DNA of 64,000 bases. Origin: an uncultured Trueperaceae bacterium. GTDB taxonomy: Bacteria > Deinococcota > Deinococci > Deinococcales > Trueperaceae. The position numbers were made by a program, and so were the translations under genes. This document shows, piece by piece, positions 60,007 through 64,000 of the stretch; within the stretch, counting starts at the first letter, position 1, and every line of letters begins with the position of its first letter. The notes beneath the pieces are model-generated. The model was not told where the DNA came from. It ran no database searches and worked only from the letters and a program-made list of their open reading frames with translations. The DNA is taken from positions 639,023 through 703,022 of the forward strand of contig CAWFFU010000011.1 of the NCBI GenBank assembly GCA_963815215.1, written 5' to 3'.

Positions 60007-63000
60007 TGCGGCTCCTCACCCACCGACCCGTCCCCACCTTCGCTCGCCTCGCCTGGCTCGCTGCGCTGCTCCTGCTGCCGTCGCTCGCCCACGCCCAGAC
60101 CACGACACTCAGCCTGACCCCGGGCGCCACCTACGCCGGCCTCAACGTCAAGGCCACCACGGATTGGAACGGCTACTACGACGTCGCGCCTACGCTGGAC
60201 TGGGGCGACGGCAACACCGTCCCGCTCAACCAGTACGTGTATACGCAGACGGACACCCACGCCTACGCCAGCGCTGGCACCTACACCGTCAAGGTCGTGG
60301 AGGGCGGCGGCTTCAATACGTTGCTGGCGAGCCAAACGGTGACCGTCTACGCAGCGCCGACGGTGAGCGCCAACCCGTCGCTGGTGGCGCCCGGGGGCAC
60401 CGTGACGGCGGCCCTGAGCGGAGTTCACGGGACACTCACCATCGACTGGGGCGACGGCAACACCACGGCCGGTGCCTCCAACGGCAACTACACGCACCGC
60501 TACACGAGCGTCGGCGGCTACCTCATCCGGCTGCAGGTCGGCGGTACGCCCATCCCCAACGCCACGGCGTCGGTAATCGTCAGCAACACGCCGCTCTCCA
60601 TGCAGCTCTCCCCCAACCCGGCACAGGTCGGCTCGCCCGTCACCGCCGACCTGCAGGGGCTGTCCGGGAGCGGCAGCATCGATTGGGGCGACGGCACCAC
60701 CGCCGCGGTGACGGGCAGCGGCAACTACCAGCACGCCTACCAGCGCCCCGGCAACTTCGTCGTGGCGCTCACCGTCAACGGCTCGTCCGCGCCCTCGGCG
60801 CAACAGCTGGTGACCGTCCAGAGCGGCGGCACGCTGAACCTCACCCCCGCACAGCCCACCGTGGGCGAGACCGTCACCGCCAAGACCAGCGGTCTTGTGG
60901 CGGGCTACGCCTACCGGCTCGAGTGGGGTGACGGCAAGGCCACCAGCGCGACCGCGGACAGCCAGGGGACGCTCTCCGAGACGCACGTCTACCAGGGGGT
61001 CCAGCTCGCCGCCACCGTCAAGCTGCTGCTCGCCCAGCAGGGCACCCCGACGATCATCGCCGTGGCGCCGTTGAACGTGACCCTTCCGCCACCCACCGAG
61101 TCCCTCAGCGCCAAGCAGACGGGAGTCGACACGGCCCACGGCGGCATGAAGATGACGGTCGACCTCAGCGGCCTGGTCCCGGGCGTGGACTACACGCTCC
61201 TCTTCACCGGGGACTACAACAGCACGTCCTTCGTCGCGACCTCCGGCACCGCTACCGTGACCGCCGACGTGTTCACGGCGGGGACCTTCAAGCTGCAGCT
61301 GTCCGCCGACGGCGGCGCCAGCCCGCAGCCCCGGGCCAGCACCACCTACACCGCCGCCTGGCCGCAGGGGAACGAGACGCTCACGCGCACCGACGCCTCC
61401 GGCAACCCCGACACGAGCCCCATCATCACTGGCGACGAACTCTACTTCCACGCCGCCGGGCTGATCGCCGGCGTGCAGTACCGGCTGGTGTTCGGGACCG
61501 ACACCGCTAACGCCGTCGTGGTGACCCCGAAGAACGGCGCCGCGAACGTGTCGGAGTTCGCGCCCCGCACGCCGGGCCCCCTCACCGTCAGCCTGATGGC
61601 CTACTACCCCGGCACGCCGGGAAGCACGTCCCGCGCCAGCGTCCACCTCACCGTGTACGCCGCCAGCGGCGCCATCGCCTTCCCCGAGAAGACGACCGTG
61701 TTCGGCCAGCCGGCCGCGATCGATCTGTCCGAGCTGGTGCCGGGCGGCAGCTACAAGCTCGCCTTCGGGGACCACACTTCCACCACCTTCACCGCGCCGG
61801 CGTCCGGCGCGCTGACGCTTCACCACGCCTACACCTTCAAGTACACGGTGGCGACCCTGTACCTCGTCCACGGCGGCGCCACGCAGCAGGTCGCAACGCA
61901 GCAGCTGCCCGGAACAACGTTCGCCAACACCATCACGCCTTCGTTCCCCAGGTTCTTCCAGAACGGCCACCCCACCAACGACGTGACGCTCACCGTCGGC
62001 GGCCTGGCGAACGGCAACGGCATCTCCTACAGCCTCGACTTCGGCGACGGCAAGAGCGCGCCGCTCACCGTCGGCGTGGATGGCACCAGCACGGTGGACC
62101 ACGTGTTCGCCCAGGGCTTCGGACGGCGCGTGTACCAGCTCAAGCTGATGCTGACCGTCGACGGGGGACAGGCCATCCGCACCGACGCCTTCGACCTCAA
62201 CGGCACCATGACGCCGCCTACCGTGCTCGCTTTCCAGAACGGTTTCGTGCTCCACGTCACCAAGCTCACCGCTCCCTTCACGTACCCGAACGGGTTGAAG
62301 GACTTCTCGGGTGAGGCGACCCTTCCGAGCTGGGTCGTTGGCGGGCGCGAGCAGGGCCCGGTGCCCTTCACCTTCCAGCACATCAGCGCGGCCTTCAACT
62401 ACACCAACGACGCCGTGACCAGCGGCCACGCCAACCTGGCGCCGTCCTCGCTCGACATCAAGATGCCGTTGCGGCTCGAGGGCCTGAAGATCACCGTCAC
62501 CGGCTTCACGCTCGGCAGCTTCGGGACCTACGCCGATCCCGGCCTCACCGGCCACGGCACGCTCCCCTCCGGAACCGGCTTCCAGCTCGACGGCCACGTG
62601 ATCAACCACGGTTTCGGCCCCACCGATGGCCTCATCCTGGGCTTCGGCGTGAACACCGACGGTGTGCCCATCGGGACCACCGGCTGGGCCTTCGGCGGCT
62701 TGATGAACAAGCAGCTCATGGGGGCCATCGACCTGTCGACCACCAACAACTACAACCTCCAGTCGGGCATCGCACCCGGCCTGCTCGCCACCCAGGAGGC
62801 CTACTCGGGCTGGGCGAGCGTCGGGCGCACGCCCTCCATCGATCCAGCGAGCATGGGCTGGACGGGGATCGTCTACTTCTACACGTGGTTGCATCTGAGG
62901 TCCGGCAGCGGGCGCAACGTGACGACCAGCTACAGCATGACCGCGCCCGCCAAGGCGGAGATCGCCTGGACCAGCGCCGGCTACCAGACCGTCTACGACA

Positions 63001-64000
63001 GCCCCTGGGGCAGCGCCAACCACGGGCCCTTCAAATGGGGCGGCTGGTCGTTCACCATCGTCCAGAAGGCCCACTTCGCCTTCGTGGACTCGGCCATCGT
63101 CCACGAGCAGCCCGCGGTGGCGACCGTCCACATTCCGATGTTCGACGAGGACGTTCCGGTGACGATCACGCCGTTGAACCGCAACGACCGCTTCGGGCGC
63201 CCCGCGTATCGCATCGCCACCGCCGGACCGGTCGCCCACGACTTCGGGCATAGCGGCGTGCTGGCCGGCCAGGGGACGTTCGGGTTCGTGCCCGGTACGC
63301 AGGACGGGACGCTCGAGCCACCTTCCCCAACGCCGTCTGGGCGCTCTCCTCGAAGTGGGCGTCCGACCCCACCAAGCTCGACACCACCGCGGCGGACAAC
63401 GTCATGGGCTCGTTGCCGAGCGCTGCGGGGCTGGCGGACAAGGCCAAGACCGCCTATACCCACGCCAAGGACACCGCCGACACCATCATCAACCTGTACA
63501 AGCTCGAGCTACTGCTCAACGACCTGACCTTCACGGCCGACGGCAACGCGTCGCTCGGCGGCGCCACCTGGCAGACCCTGCTCGACGTTCCCGCCCTGGA
63601 GATCGGGAAGTTCCCCTACCTGGGGGCGGGCGCCGAGATCGGCATCGAGCACAAGGGAAGCGAGTACGGCATCGGCCTCAAGGGCAACCTGTCGATCGAC
63701 GGCCGCGTCAAGGCCGACGTCGCTCCGTCCTGGTACTACGTCTCCTCCGGTCACGACCGCGGCTGGAAGTTCGAGGGCGTGACCCTCGGCTACGACGGCG
63801 GCGATGCCTCGCCCGTCAGCTTCGTGGTGACGGCGAGCGGCGCGGTCGACTTCAAGACCGACGACGTGCGCTTCAGCGGGGGCGGCAGCCTGACCGTCGA
63901 GGACAAGTTCAACGTCGGCGTGGCCGGTACCTTCGGCCAGCAGAGCGGCACGCCCTACTGGTTCGTCTACGCCTCCACCGACCTCGCCAAGGCGGGCACG
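60006..64000 (+). CDS. Giant secreted PKD-repeat / beta-rich protein; frameshift at ~63317; truncated by window end
   Basis: Signal peptide (AHA-Q), four WGDG and about four degenerate PKD motifs. The coding-like frame switches by -1 at GAGCC (63315-63319) and then stays open to 64000. Confidence 0.75.

Noticed and set aside
59922..63251. 1109-aa minus-strand ORF
   Set aside because: Antisense shadow of the PKD-repeat gene.

Overview
This is a very GC-rich bacterial chromosomal segment with about 48 densely packed genes. I found no rRNA, tRNA, CRISPR array, IS element, integrase or prophage. The lineage is most likely Deinococcota (Truepera-like). That is an inference from the many leaderless promoters, a DrRRA-like response regulator, a TruB with an internal insertion and several outer-membrane beta-barrel proteins. 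From left to right the window holds: (1) a LacI-regulated sugar catabolic operon (ABC transporter, FucI/AraA-family isomerase, YihV-like PfkB kinase, LacD/YihT aldolase, Gfo/Idh/MocA oxidoreductase) that may be a hybrid sulfoglycolysis or rare-ketose pathway; (2) a 1752-aa 7TM-PAS-5xGAF-PAS-GGDEF-EAL protein; (3) alaS-HAD-ruvX-mltG; (4) a TRAP transporter and a phnDCE transporter; (5) an SPFH / alpha-beta hydrolase / ribbon-helix-helix / PH-domain operon with a three-box candidate operator; (6) coaX and dcd; (7) an OmpR-family two-component system preceded by a possible leaderless uORF; (8) a TPR plus degenerate CPBP fusion and an HExxH peptidase-propeller-barrel protein; (9) GT2, truB, ald, a degenerate FMN dehydrogenase coupled to ruvA, and a natAB-like ABC exporter; (10) MoxR-DUF58, a Ser/Thr kinase with a DFD motif, and malQ; (11) a GNAT, uvrC and ppdK; (12) a PKD plus beta-barrel gene coupled to a giant PKD-repeat secreted protein that has a 1-nt frameshift near 63317 and runs off the window. 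This last pair is the best candidate for an undescribed surface-display or secretion system. All calls come from reading motifs by eye; no database searches were run.
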